The notes below the pieces were generated by a model. That model worked only from the letters and a program-made list of their open reading frames with translations. It made no database searches and had not been told where the DNA came from. Of a DNA stretch of 64,000 bases, positions 37,801 through 47,184 are shown in pieces; the first letter of the stretch is position 1; every line of letters starts with the position of its first letter. A program made the translations under genes and the position numbers. Source of the stretch: Elsinoe ampelina (Eukaryota); NCBI GenBank assembly GCA_010093995.1, contig ML992503.1:409662-473661 (forward strand), written 5' to 3'.

Positions 37801-38980
37801 ATCAAGGTGGAAAAACCATGAATGCCGCGGTATGCTGCTCAAGAGAGACGAACAATGCGATCTGCAATACCATGATTGGTATTTTCAGTGCATGGACGAT
37901 TCGAAGACGGTCCAACCCCGGGACTTGCAAGACGACCCCAAGCACAAAGATCACAAAGACGGACACAACGACGGGCATGATAGTCGGTACGAAAAAGCCT
38001 GTGCGCGGACGGCTGAGGCTTCAAAGCTACGCTGCAAAGATGAAGTTGAACAATGGGCGCCAATCTGCCAGAAGACCAGATTGATTCTGCTACGCGAAGA
38101 AGCAAACGCTCCAGACCCCAAGAACACCAAGGTCCCCAAACCGACTCACACTTCCAACACGGCAGCCTGGGCACAATGGCCCAATATCACCATTCTCAGC
38201 GCCAACATGACTGCCACATACACGAAGCCTTACTTGACGCTTCTCAAGAATGGAAGTCTCGCGACATCGGTCAACATCACCACCGCCACCATGACCTCAG
38301 CGGTGACCATTACATTTACTACCAACGGCGCCATCGTTCCGACTGATCCACCAGAGCCAGACGACAAGAACACTCACGTCGTGCTTCCTGGTGTACCTGA
38401 TCGCCCTCCCCATGGTTACTGCAAGCCCTCCGTCAAGGAGCTCAAGTACAAATACTGCTCCGCAATCGTTCGGAAGCTAGAGCGACAGGCCTGCGATAAA
38501 GACTGCGACGCATGGTCAGAGCGGTGCCAGATCCGTAAAGAGCGGGGCTACACCCTGGCCGGCGACGAGTTGAAGCAATGTGACATCGTACACGAGAATG
38601 AGAAGGCCCGGTGCGGCCCGAAGAAGAAGGACAAGCATGCGGCCAAGCACGAGAAGAAACAGTGTCTGGATGTGGCTGAAGAACAGCACGCTGTCTGCAA
38701 GGCGAAGATCCATGACTTGTTCTCGGGCAGGTTGGAGACGGACCCGAAACCAGACAGTAAAGAGGAGCAGATGCAGTTACCGAAGGTGCCCGAGGAGAAG
38801 ACTGACAAGGAGGCGTGTAAAGCGCAGAGGGATGAGATGAGAGCGCATTATTGCCCAGGGTTGAAGGGGAAAGACAAGATTGAAGGGAAGTTGAGGGTGG
38901 AAGGAGGGTACTGGTTTCGTGCCTGTAATAAGTTGTGCGATGCTTGGTATGAGGGGTGCAGAGCGGCTGGGTACCAGTGA
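34877..38980 (+). CDS. Putative secreted modular protein with a duplicated domain, Pro-rich linkers, a hydrophobic segment and a Cx10C-rich C-terminus
   Basis: Second ATG (34877) gives signal-peptide-like MRVSFLFSVFVIETALFSEGHS; 4.1-kb open frame; internal duplication; paralogous to 32031-34163. Confidence 0.85.
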   Translation: MRVSFLFSVFVIETALFSEGHSIVTDINPGPPNLRRPVPFVDAPRRFMINGYSIWYDLNKFPPYIYNNLDQVIKHTPRRPWVTSPSSLFDAFPELRNYAPWTLHEIIAKLWHYDTKNAPRFWPHLDEVFVDNIARWAESRDPGRELYSLEKLRKSRYKTIASMWREFWASDWMPDEFREPLELEEQLISVDRGHLLDTARPNPKVWLGKRRQRVWVDPYRFREPEGQTPEGARLPRLERPRAEGLHRDGTIGSLRKWLPRVPSAPQSSARKWFERFKAWLRKIFTSKLSQEERAAALKKMPQPAAGDESPISPPEEPRPPIQPPEPPVEPPEPPVEPPEPPVEPPGPPVEPPEPPSPEPPAPPPEPPVQPPEPPVEPPGPPIEPPEPPVEPPPPPVEPPQPPVEPPRPPVEPPRPAPPKPPPPKPQPKPPAKPQPKPRPKPQPKPKPLPEPANTRRIPEVKVPREYRFNKYNLWYDLDKMSPKFWQHLNQAAGRHTREFLDLFDAFPELRNYAPWTLHDLFSQISKANSKTFPRYWPELTEEVVAVWKLRAERMDPHKLLTTTKKGEEGYFLERADVKRTLLHYRRAEGLRSRLKVMTSEGPGHELKSTVERMVDDEMKMAHKLDPGGLLDERFPNQDIFDKLGKERMIRTFEWYPDELPPAGMPPPDIQKMPPGLEDVLSPVEPNAKPPMATRVPVTERPPGQRPEPTAKPGEPGDKPGEPGDKPGEPGDKPGEPHEPDGKPGEPRGPGEKPPKPVEGGDLMPNSEGKVVRFADDPAANIPPQVRERLALKFERIRNGVPATRVFPEMAGLPPRIQARALWALGLPENLFGRVARGVAVAVIKVVSNAVIRAVAAIVTEVLSILMSIFDIVGLIVDAVMLLLSFFDMGKYHMGECFAGNQTCLVPPGHKHPGYHECDDVHKCHFTGDVCGIRHSALAPAVCNWHRRELYKIVTHHSSWSEFSDDRKDKGSDADPSRWKNHECRGMLLKRDEQCDLQYHDWYFQCMDDSKTVQPRDLQDDPKHKDHKDGHNDGHDSRYEKACARTAEASKLRCKDEVEQWAPICQKTRLILLREEANAPDPKNTKVPKPTHTSNTAAWAQWPNITILSANMTATYTKPYLTLLKNGSLATSVNITTATMTSAVTITFTTNGAIVPTDPPEPDDKNTHVVLPGVPDRPPHGYCKPSVKELKYKYCSAIVRKLERQACDKDCDAWSERCQIRKERGYTLAGDELKQCDIVHENEKARCGPKKKDKHAAKHEKKQCLDVAEEQHAVCKAKIHDLFSGRLETDPKPDSKEEQMQLPKVPEEKTDKEACKAQRDEMRAHYCPGLKGKDKIEGKLRVEGGYWFRACNKLCDAWYEGCRAAGYQ
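35843..36215 (+). repeat. Coding 21-bp tandem repeats (PPEPPVE)n followed by PKPQ-type repeats
   Basis: CCACCAGAGCCTCCCGTCGAA units seen directly. Confidence 0.9.
37008..37140 (+). repeat. Coding 21-bp tandem repeats (KPGEPGD)n
   Basis: AAGCCTGGAGAGCCTGGGGAC units seen directly. Confidence 0.9.
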
Positions 38981-39358
38981 TGTTGTAGTAGAGGGACGGG
39001 GGTGAGGAAGGTCGCGCTGTACAGCATCGATCGAGATCAAAGAGTCTTGTAAAAGCTGTTACGTCGATGAGAACACGTCATGTATATGGTCAAAGATCGT
39101 CAAGTGTCTAGCAATGGCCAAGGATGATCTCTGACATGATCAGGAGGTGAAGCTGGGGATGCTTTAGAATTGCCTGTTTGGGAATAGCCTCGGATGACGT
39201 CTTGCTCCTCTATCTCCACTTGAGCAATCACCTATCCATTTATCTTGACGTCCCAAAACAAGTCGGAGTCTGAAGACATCTTACACAGCGGACCGCTCTC
39301 CTTACTGATGTTTATCTGCCTCCATTGTGGAGTCCCCACTCACTGACCCACCCCCAGC

Positions 39359-40503
39359 ATGGCGTCCAGATATATGGTGCCACCACAGCCCCCGCCTGAC
39401 CTTAAGATTCCAACTTCAGATGCCACAGTGGAAGTATCATGTATTGACAGGTATGTCACTCACGTGACCTATTCTGCGCCCCCACTCATACAACCAGCAC
39501 AACATGCCTCAAACTCCCCATGTCCCCCTTCCTCCAACCCAACATCAAAGGCAAAGAATTCCTCACCGGCCCCGCTTTCAGCTTCCTCATCCGCCACTCC
39601 TCCGGCAAACAAGTCCTCTTCGACCTCGGCACCCGCAAGGACTGGCAAAACCTCCCCCCCGTCATCGTCGACCGCATCACCTCCGGCGGCTGGACCGTCA
39701 CCGTCGACAAAAACATCTCCACCATCCTCACCGAACACTCCATCCCCGTCTCAGCCGGCGCCATCGACGCCGTCATCTGGTCCCACCACCACTGGGACCA
39801 CGTAGGGGACATGTCGACCTTCCCAAAATCCACCTCCCTCGTCGTCGGCCCCGGTTTCCAGGCCGAACACCTCCCCGGCTACCCCGACCGGCCCGACGCC
39901 CCCGTCATGGCCGAGGACTTCCGCGGGCGAACCGTCGTCGAGATCGACCCGCGGACCGACGGCAAGGGCCTCAAGCTAGGCCGCTTCTGGGCGCACGACT
40001 ACTTCGGCGACGGCAGCTTCTACCTCCTCGACACCCCGGGGCATTCGGTGGGGCACATCTGCGGACTCGCACGGACGACAGGAGGGGGGGAGGCGTCGAC
40101 GTTTGTCTTCATGGGAGGGGACGCGTGTCACCACGGAGGCGAGTTCAGGCCGTCACGGTACCTGCCTTTGCCGGAGGGGTTGGAGCCGAGTCCGGTGCCG
40201 ACGTTGAGGGTGTGTCCCGGGAGTTTGCTCACGGCGTTTCATAGGAGTGGGAAGGCGACGGAGCCGTTTTATGAGGTCACGCCCATGTTTGCGCATGATG
40301 TGGGGGAGTGTAATTGGACGATTGATGGGGTGGAGGAGTTTGATGCGCAGGGGAATGTTTTGGTGCTTATTGCGCATGATGATAGTGTCGAGGGGGAGGT
40401 GGAGATGTTTCCGAGGGCGATGAATGATTGGTGCGAGAAGGGGGTGAAGGAGAGGGTGAAGTGGAGGTTTTTGAGGGACTTTGCTGGTGCTGTGGAAACG
40501 TGA
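39359..40503 (+). CDS. Metallo-beta-lactamase fold hydrolase (AHL-lactonase/lactamase-like); exons 39359-39450 and 39498-40503
   Basis: LFDLG, SHHHWDHVGD (HxHxDH), DTPGHSVGH, GGDACH, AHD; 47-nt intron 39451-39497 keeps frame. Confidence 0.9.
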
Positions 40504-40861
40504 TACGTGGGATTTGATGCGTAATGAATGGTATGACTGCTGGCGAACGGGAGAGATATTCTTGGTTGCGAGCAAATGATCGACGTAGAGAGAATATCAC
40601 GGTTTACTCATCTTCATTGAGTCATGAGCAAACGGGACAAACATTTACCTTACATTTCCACTATAGTCCTACCCTATCCTTGCTAAGCATTCTTAGTGCT
40701 AGAACCCCTGTGAGACCATGATCGACGCCAGAGCGAGCAATTCGTCAACCCCGCCGCAGATTTTAAAAATCTTCATATAGAACCAAAAAAACCACTGGCA
40801 TTCAACCTACCCATTTTCTTCAGAGAATGACACCGTTTGAGGTAGTTTCGGTAGCTCAGTG

Positions 40862-40911
40862 GCATGTATCGCCACAGGATTCTGGCCGAATCTGCTCTAA
40901 TTCCCCTTCAG
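40862..40911 (+). other. 50-nt spliceosomal-type GC-AG intron in the tRNA D-loop (between G18 and G19)
   Basis: GCATGT donor, CTAAT branch at 40897-40901, TCCCCTTCAG acceptor. Confidence 0.82.
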
Positions 40912-40930
40912 GTAGAGCGTGGGATTGCAG

Positions 40931-40944
40931 CTCCAGCCGCAATT
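40931..40944 (+). other. Canonical 14-nt tRNA intron at position 37/38
   Basis: CTCCAGCCGCAATT lies one base 3' of the anticodon; its GCAAT pairs with ATTGC of the anticodon arm. Confidence 0.88.
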
Positions 40945-40958
40945 ATCCTAAGGTCTCG

Positions 40959-41007
40959 GTAAGGAAAACGTTGCGTGTCATTCCCATCACTTCTGACTCT
41001 TGAAAAG
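40959..41007 (+). other. 49-nt spliceosomal-type GT-AG intron in the tRNA T-stem (between 51 and 52)
   Basis: GTAAGG donor, CTGAC branch at 40993-40997, AAG acceptor; removal creates the perfect TCGTG/CACGA stem. Confidence 0.85.
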
Positions 41008-41028
41008 TGTTCGACCCACGATCGGAAC

Positions 41029-41043
41029 TTTTTTGCATTTTTT
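41029..41043 (+). terminator. RNA polymerase III terminator (T6-GCA-T6)
   Basis: Two T6 runs begin at the tRNA 3' end. Confidence 0.8.
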
Positions 41044-41945
41044 GGGCATGCGTAGCAACTCTCCGACTCCTGGGCTCCAGTCCATCAATTTAGCGTACTC
41101 ACTGGATTCACTTTTTGCAATGTAGGAGAACCGTAAAACGCTAGTCAAGAGGGCTTTCGCAGACTGGATGATTGGTAAAATGCTTCACTTGTCGTGTGGA
41201 TCTTTGCTTGTCGCCGCACAACACACTGCATTTCCACGAGACAAGGGACATAATCCATCACGGACGTCGTTGGTGTGTAGCAGGTCCAGTAGCGTCTACT
41301 ACACATCCACACCATGCTCCACGCTGCCGTTGTAGAGAATGCTATCCTGTCGACCTCGGCGCCGCGGCGAACATGTCCCTCACATGGAACGCTTCTCAAA
41401 TTGGTCAGGCCTGCAACATGCAGCCACTGGGAGCGGGACGCGGCTCCTTTCACCCTCACACCGCGCAGAGCCGCATGTGGCAATCGATCTTAGTTTGGCA
41501 GATGGTCGATCAGGGATGCAACGAGCAAAGGGCAAATCTGGTTAAGATATCCCATGTAATGGTCTGTCCCCATCTTGCATGCCTTCTCCGGAGGAAGTGT
41601 TCATCACGATTTGCTCAAGATGATGGAGACGGAAATGAGGACAGGAGTCTTCGGGAACAGATTGTGAGGTAATTGCTGCGAGATGAGGTCAACGAAACGG
41701 TACTGGTTGTGGATCTCAGATCTTCAGGTTGCAGATGAGGACAGGAGTATGATGCTCTGGCCGTTGACGAGCATGTAGACCACGTGCTGTATGCGATGTG
41801 ACATCACGGCATCAGATCAACGGAAAGTCAAGAATGGAGCATCATTGACTTGATGCTCAGGTTCTTTCTATCTTGTCAAACGAGTGTACGCCAGCAGTAG
41901 CCAGCCAGTCGCCGCCTATCGAGCCTCTGCACTTCTGCATAGCCC

Positions 41946-43147
41946 TCAAGCAGCAACACCCACCACCCCAGCCTTGACCCCATCAATCCTCCTAAACCCA
42001 CCCTCCTCCTTGACAACCCTCTGCAACTCGGCCATCCTCTTTTGGTCACCCAACGGATCCGCCGAATCCACCTCCAACTCCCACCCCTGCAAAAACTCAT
42101 TCGTGTAATTCGGCTCGTACCCCTCGGGCAAAACCCCCAACCTCTTCCCATACCTGGTCACCTTCTCCCAATCCCTCTTGACATTCTTCAGATCCCTACT
42201 GAAATACGCAAAACTCCTCTCGAAGATCTTCCTGTTCACCGCGCCGGCCATCTCGGGCTTCACGTCGATGTAGATTTCATACATAGCCTTTGGATCAGCC
42301 AAGACGTCCGCGGTCGCCCGCTTGACGGCCTTCATGAATTTGGCTACCTTCTCCGGGTTAGCGGAGATGAATGCGTCGTTGGCGATGTACAGGATGCTGC
42401 AGAAACAGCAACACCCCAACTCGGCCAGCTCGTCGATGCGCAGCATCTGCACGTCGTCACGCGGACGACCTTGAGAGGCGAGCCACTCCTCGAGCTCGAC
42501 CATCTGGACGTTCTCGAGGCCGATGCCGGCGTCGACGGTGCCCTCGATGATGGCTTTGGTGACGTTCATGCCGCAGCGTACGGCGGTGTAGTCGGTAGGC
42601 TTCATGCCGTAGTGGGCGGTGAGTTCGTCGATTTGGATCTTGCCGAACTCGCCGACATAGCCGATGCGTTTGCCGCGGAGCGTGGTGAAGTCCGGGGTGA
42701 TGCCCGAGGACTTGAGGTAGACGACGCCGGTGAAGGGCTCGTCGAGGAGGGAGCCGATAGAGGTGACAGGGAAGCCGCGGGCTTTGGCCTGGGAGGGAGG
42801 TGAGTGGTGGGCAGGGATGGGGAGGAGGGGACTCGTACGGCGAGGGTGTGGATCATGGCTTTGAAGCCCATATCGACTTTACCGGAGCCGATGATTTCGG
42901 TGACATCTATTGTGAGTCAGTCGGAGACCGTGTTGGATTGAGAGTGGTAGTACCACTTGGGTCGTTGGGCTCGAGAAGAGCGACCTTGATGCCTTCATCG
43001 GCAAAGTAGCCAAGCTTCTGAGCGAGGTACACGGGGGCATGGTATGGCGTAGTGTGCCTGTCAATCGTCAATGGGGTCTATACTTTGTGTCGAGAGCACA
43101 TGTCGACCGCACCAGTTCATCAAAAAGGTGGTCTTGTCAGTCGACAT
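41946..43147 (-). CDS. NMT1: HMP-P synthase NMT1/THI5 (thiamine pyrimidine biosynthesis); introns 43112-43058, 42953-42907, 42838-42789
   Basis: [25 protein letters not shown]...[60 protein letters not shown]. Confidence 0.95.
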
Positions 43148-43200
43148 GTTGCTGCTGGACCAATTAGGCTGCTATTGCAGGGGGGATAAGGGTCAGATGA

Positions 43201-43320
43201 AGCATGTCCTTTCGCTGGTATTATCCAGATCAAGTTTTGTACGGTATAATCTCAGAACCGATTGAGCATCACCTGTTGGTCTCCCAACAGATGATGCAGC
43301 AATTGGACACCCGTCATGCT
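43201..43320 (-). promoter_or_regulatory. TPP riboswitch aptamer in the 5' intron of NMT1
   Basis: Minus strand AGCATGACGGGTG...CTGAGATTATACCGT...AACTTGATCTGGATAATACCAGCGAAAGGACATGCT; P1 AGCATG/CATGCT; lies upstream of a thiamine gene. Confidence 0.95.
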
Positions 43321-45060
43321 ATTCTGTGATTGTACGTTACCTTGACCCAGATGGACTTCCATGGCGAAAGGCACGCTGTCTCCGAGAGACATACGGCTTG
43401 TTGTCTGGCGTTTGAATGACGATTTGTTATGTTCAATGCGTGTTTCAAGATAGCTTGGGAGGTAAAAATCCTTGCTTTGTAGAGAGAGAAAAGGAGAATT
43501 GCTTCGAGTCGAGGCATGTGAGAGAAGAGGGGTACAGTAGAGGTGGACTCGCACTGACCTCACCGCGGGGGCTGTTGTGCTCTCCACTCACTGATGCAGT
43601 TTTTTCTTGAGCAGCAATGCATGCCTCAACCTTGTCAAGATATCGCGTCTTGGTCTGCAGTTGAAGCTCAGAACGTGCTCCGAGGTCTGGAGCTCCCACC
43701 GGATTGACAGCTGGTCGGGTGTCCAGCAATGTGCTAGTCTCTCAACGGCAAAGGCGCATCTTGGGTGCGGGGATTGACAGGCACACGCTGTCCCTCTGGA
43801 GGATCCCTCTGGAGGATCTGGGTGATCATGGGGTCAAGCAAGATCAGGCACGGTCAAGAGAGTTTTGCTGCCCTCTGAATTCTGCCGCGGCAAAAGTTTC
43901 GACATTTCCGGAGACCGAAAAATGTACACCATCGATCGAGATGATCTGTACAAAACGATGGAGACGCATGGTCGTTGCTGGATGATGCCGCATGCACCAG
44001 ATTGTGCGGATAAGCTACACTATTGATATCAGCCCTTCAGCTGGTCATCATGGGGGCGAAAAGGCAAGACTGCTGAGAAGGCGAGCCTACCGGAAGAGGA
44101 AAGTCGTCAATCACCGGAAGCCCTCAGTGGCTCACGCCCGCTCAAGCCTGTCCGAGGCCTTCTCGGCGATATCCCCCCGTAAGGTTCGGAGCACACCGCT
44201 GATTCGCTCGGTCAAGAGTTGGTGCGGTCTGGGCGCAAAATGCAATGCACTGCGTCGATCACACAAGAGTAAGACTGCGGCTAAGATCAACGGACTCTGC
44301 GGCACCTCGGACAGGATCTTGCTGATGACCTTTCAGCGAGGGAGGTATCACGGTGACAGACGTGCAACGTTCGAGAGATCAGGAGGTGGAAGCGTTCAAT
44401 TGACTGGTTCCGAATATCGTCATCTGAGGTAGAAAGAGCAGACAGATCGGACAAGTTCCACGATGGGATGGCAACCATTCATGCACGGAACATCTGGAAG
44501 AACATGGACCAAGCTCACTACTCTGAGACTACTGCATGTCTTGCCGTCGCATCACTTCCTCGCCCGCGACAAAAATCCTCCGTTTTACCCTCCGTCTTCA
44601 CCACACCCGAGAACAGGCTGATGGTTGCCACGCTCCCTCTCCGCCCACTCGGTCCGTCGCGGGCTTGCGTGCGCATGATCGACTGCCAGTCCTACTCGCG
44701 TGGGTAGGTGGATGCCATAAACCCTATCGCTGACTCGCCATCCTCACGTCCCTGTTGGTTGGACCAAACCTTGTCGTGTCTTTCCTCCGCAAATCCCTCT
44801 ATCAAAGCACGTACCTCATCTGGTCATCCTTGATTGGAAAGAGGCGCCATGTAGGTCACCCATCTTCGGTTAATATTATCTGACCTCGCCTTGTCCTTGA
44901 CTACTGCCGACTCACGCTACCTTACCTTCCTGCATGCCAGCGTGTCAGGTGTGATTTAATGTGACTCGCCTCCGGACCTCTCTTCAGCTGGGATTTGCCA
45001 GTCTGACTTTCAGCTTCAATATCCTCACAACCAGTCTCGCCATTGCAGGTCCATCACACA

Positions 45061-47184
45061 ATGGCTCCAGCAAAGGCTCCCCCGAGGATGTCTGGCTCGG
45101 AAGTACTGGGCTGTGTTGAGTTGGTGGTCACCGCATTCAAAGAGGGCGCTGAGCTGGTCGGCCGTCTGAGCAGGAAACACAAGAAGAGAAAGGGCGAGAG
45201 GAATTACCACGAGGTGCTTCTGTTTCAGGTCCTTGAACAAGGTGCCAAACAGGTCCAACAGTCCTACGACGAGGGTTTCCAACGCTTCGGATCTGCTTTC
45301 AAGGTCGGAGATGGTGAGCATGCCTAAACCTACAGCTCGACGGATTGGCACTGACCCGCTCTAGACGAAGCAAGAGAACGACTTCTCTGCGTGGCCATCG
45401 AGACCAATGCAGACGTCGTTACTAGCCTGCAGGTCGCATGCGACATTGAGAAGTCTACGGTCGATTTGGTCCGTCTCCACGAGTCCGCAATCACAAGCCG
45501 CCACGATGCTATCCGCAATCTGAATGACCTGCATCAACGGTTGGAAAAGATCCGGCCTCTGGGCTCGTTCTCACGCTTCAGCCCGGATTCGTCCATCTGC
45601 GGTGGTGGAGACACTCGAAGGAATAGTCTTCTGCTCAATGCTCCAGAGATCCACCCAGGCACCATCCCTCCTGCCGTCTCTGTTCCCCAGATTCCAGAAA
45701 GATCAGGCCTACGCCGCATGCTGTCAGTCGGCGGTAGCACACCACACCGAAGAGCAAAGTCGGATGAGCCCAATAGCCTGCGTCCGATTTCTTCTCAGAC
45801 CAGTATTGCGCCTAGCGTTGCCAACAGCGTCCTCCAACCAGCACCATTGTACTTCAACAGTCATCCAGCATATCCGAGACCAATGGAGGCGGCTCCTCGA
45901 CCTGTTCCCACTCCCATAGTCACGCATGTCCGGTCTCAGTCGACAGCATCGGCAGAGCAGAAGAAGCCTACAAAAGCAGGGACAAACAGGTGGGAAGACA
46001 CCAAGGATCATCCAGATCTTCCAGACTTCCAATTCCTCAAGCAACAGAAGATGGCGGCCAAGCACACCCGAGCACATTCCAGCGCTTCATCACAACCGAG
46101 CAAGCGTGACAGCGTCTTCTCCCTGCCACCGAGGAACTCATGGGACACACAAACAACCATGCCAGCTTCACCGATGGCACCGTTCACCTACCCGGCTAAT
46201 CTTCCACCGCCACCGCCACCTCCCGTTCATCGCCCAGCTCCATCAACGGGCATCATTCCAATGACTTTGGTCACTTCCTTGCCTCCGACACCTCATCATT
46301 CCCACCACCCGAGTCTGTCACGACCACCTGTCACTTCGCCCATCCCGGAAGACCCGTTGGATGTGGAAACTTCGTCAGTCACGAGTCGCGACTATGACGC
46401 CGCATCAGTCTATTCTCAACCTGACGAGCCAGTCGTCTCACCCTCCATCTACTCACCGAGCACAGAGTACACTCCCTCGACTCCTATTACGGATCCATCC
46501 GACCCCTGCACTCCTCTCACCGAGGCGCCGTCGTCCCATGGCCGCTCCTCGATCCGCTCTTCTCATTCCTCCACGCCAAGCGTGATCACCACTCCTTCTA
46601 CCTCTGGTGCACCTTCGATGCACCGAACTGATACAAACCCCACGTCGACCCGCTCTCGTGCCAGCACCACAGTCTCCACCATGGAACGCCAAATGCTCCG
46701 TGGCGAAGACGGTACCTGGCGCGACGTGCCCCGAGAGACTATCGCTAGCAATCTGGAGAAAGCCCGCGAGGAGCAGCGTCTGAAGAACAGAGAGAAGGCA
46801 GAGAAGATGTACCGGCCCCTGCACTCGGCCAGCATCTCCAGCCACAACCCCATGAGCCTCCAGCTCGGCACCTTCGCAGTGGCCCACTCCCCAACCCACA
46901 AAGTCCACTCGCGCAGCAGGACTCTCGACTCGACCATCTCCCACGAAACAGCAGGTCTCGGCCTCAAAAAGACGGTCAGCAGCTTCAGCCAAGAAAGTGC
47001 CGACGACCGTCCTCAAACATCCCAGACCAAGGAGCCAAGCAAAGAAAAGAAAGGATTCTGGCACATCCGCAAGGCGAGCAAGGAAGTGGTTGAAGGAGCC
47101 AAGGAGGGGACGAGGGAGAAGAAGCAGCGGTTGAAGGAACGCGAGAGGAGGATGGAGTGGAGCAGTATGGCTTTTGCTGTGTAA
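45061..47184 (+). CDS. Hypothetical protein, helical N-terminal domain plus long Ser/Pro-rich tail; exons 45061-45313 and 45365-47184
   Basis: 51-nt intron 45314-45364 (GTGAGC...CTGAC...TAG) joins two ORFs in frame (FGSAFKVGD|DEARERL). Confidence 0.8.

Larger units (their letters stand above)
40845..41029 (+). tRNA. tRNA-Cys(GCA) split into four exons: 40845-40861, 40912-40930, 40945-40958, 41008-41029
   Basis: Spliced 72-mer GTTTCGG TA GCTC AGTGGTA GAGC G TGGGA TTGCAGA TCCTA AGGTC TCGTG TTCGACC CACGA TCGGAAC T: all four stems pair, invariant U8/A14/G18G19/U33/TTCGA present, U73 discriminator typical of tRNA-Cys. Confidence 0.92.

Noticed and set aside
40982..40986. TCCCA as the 3' anticodon-stem strand of a tRNA with one long intron
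   Set aside because: Leaves a broken T-stem and an abnormal variable region; the three-intron model pairs every stem.
41145..41900. ORFs of 112-166 aa and a duplicated ATGAGGACAGGAGT 14-mer
   Set aside because: No recognisable motifs or coding bias; no convincing snoRNA boxes.
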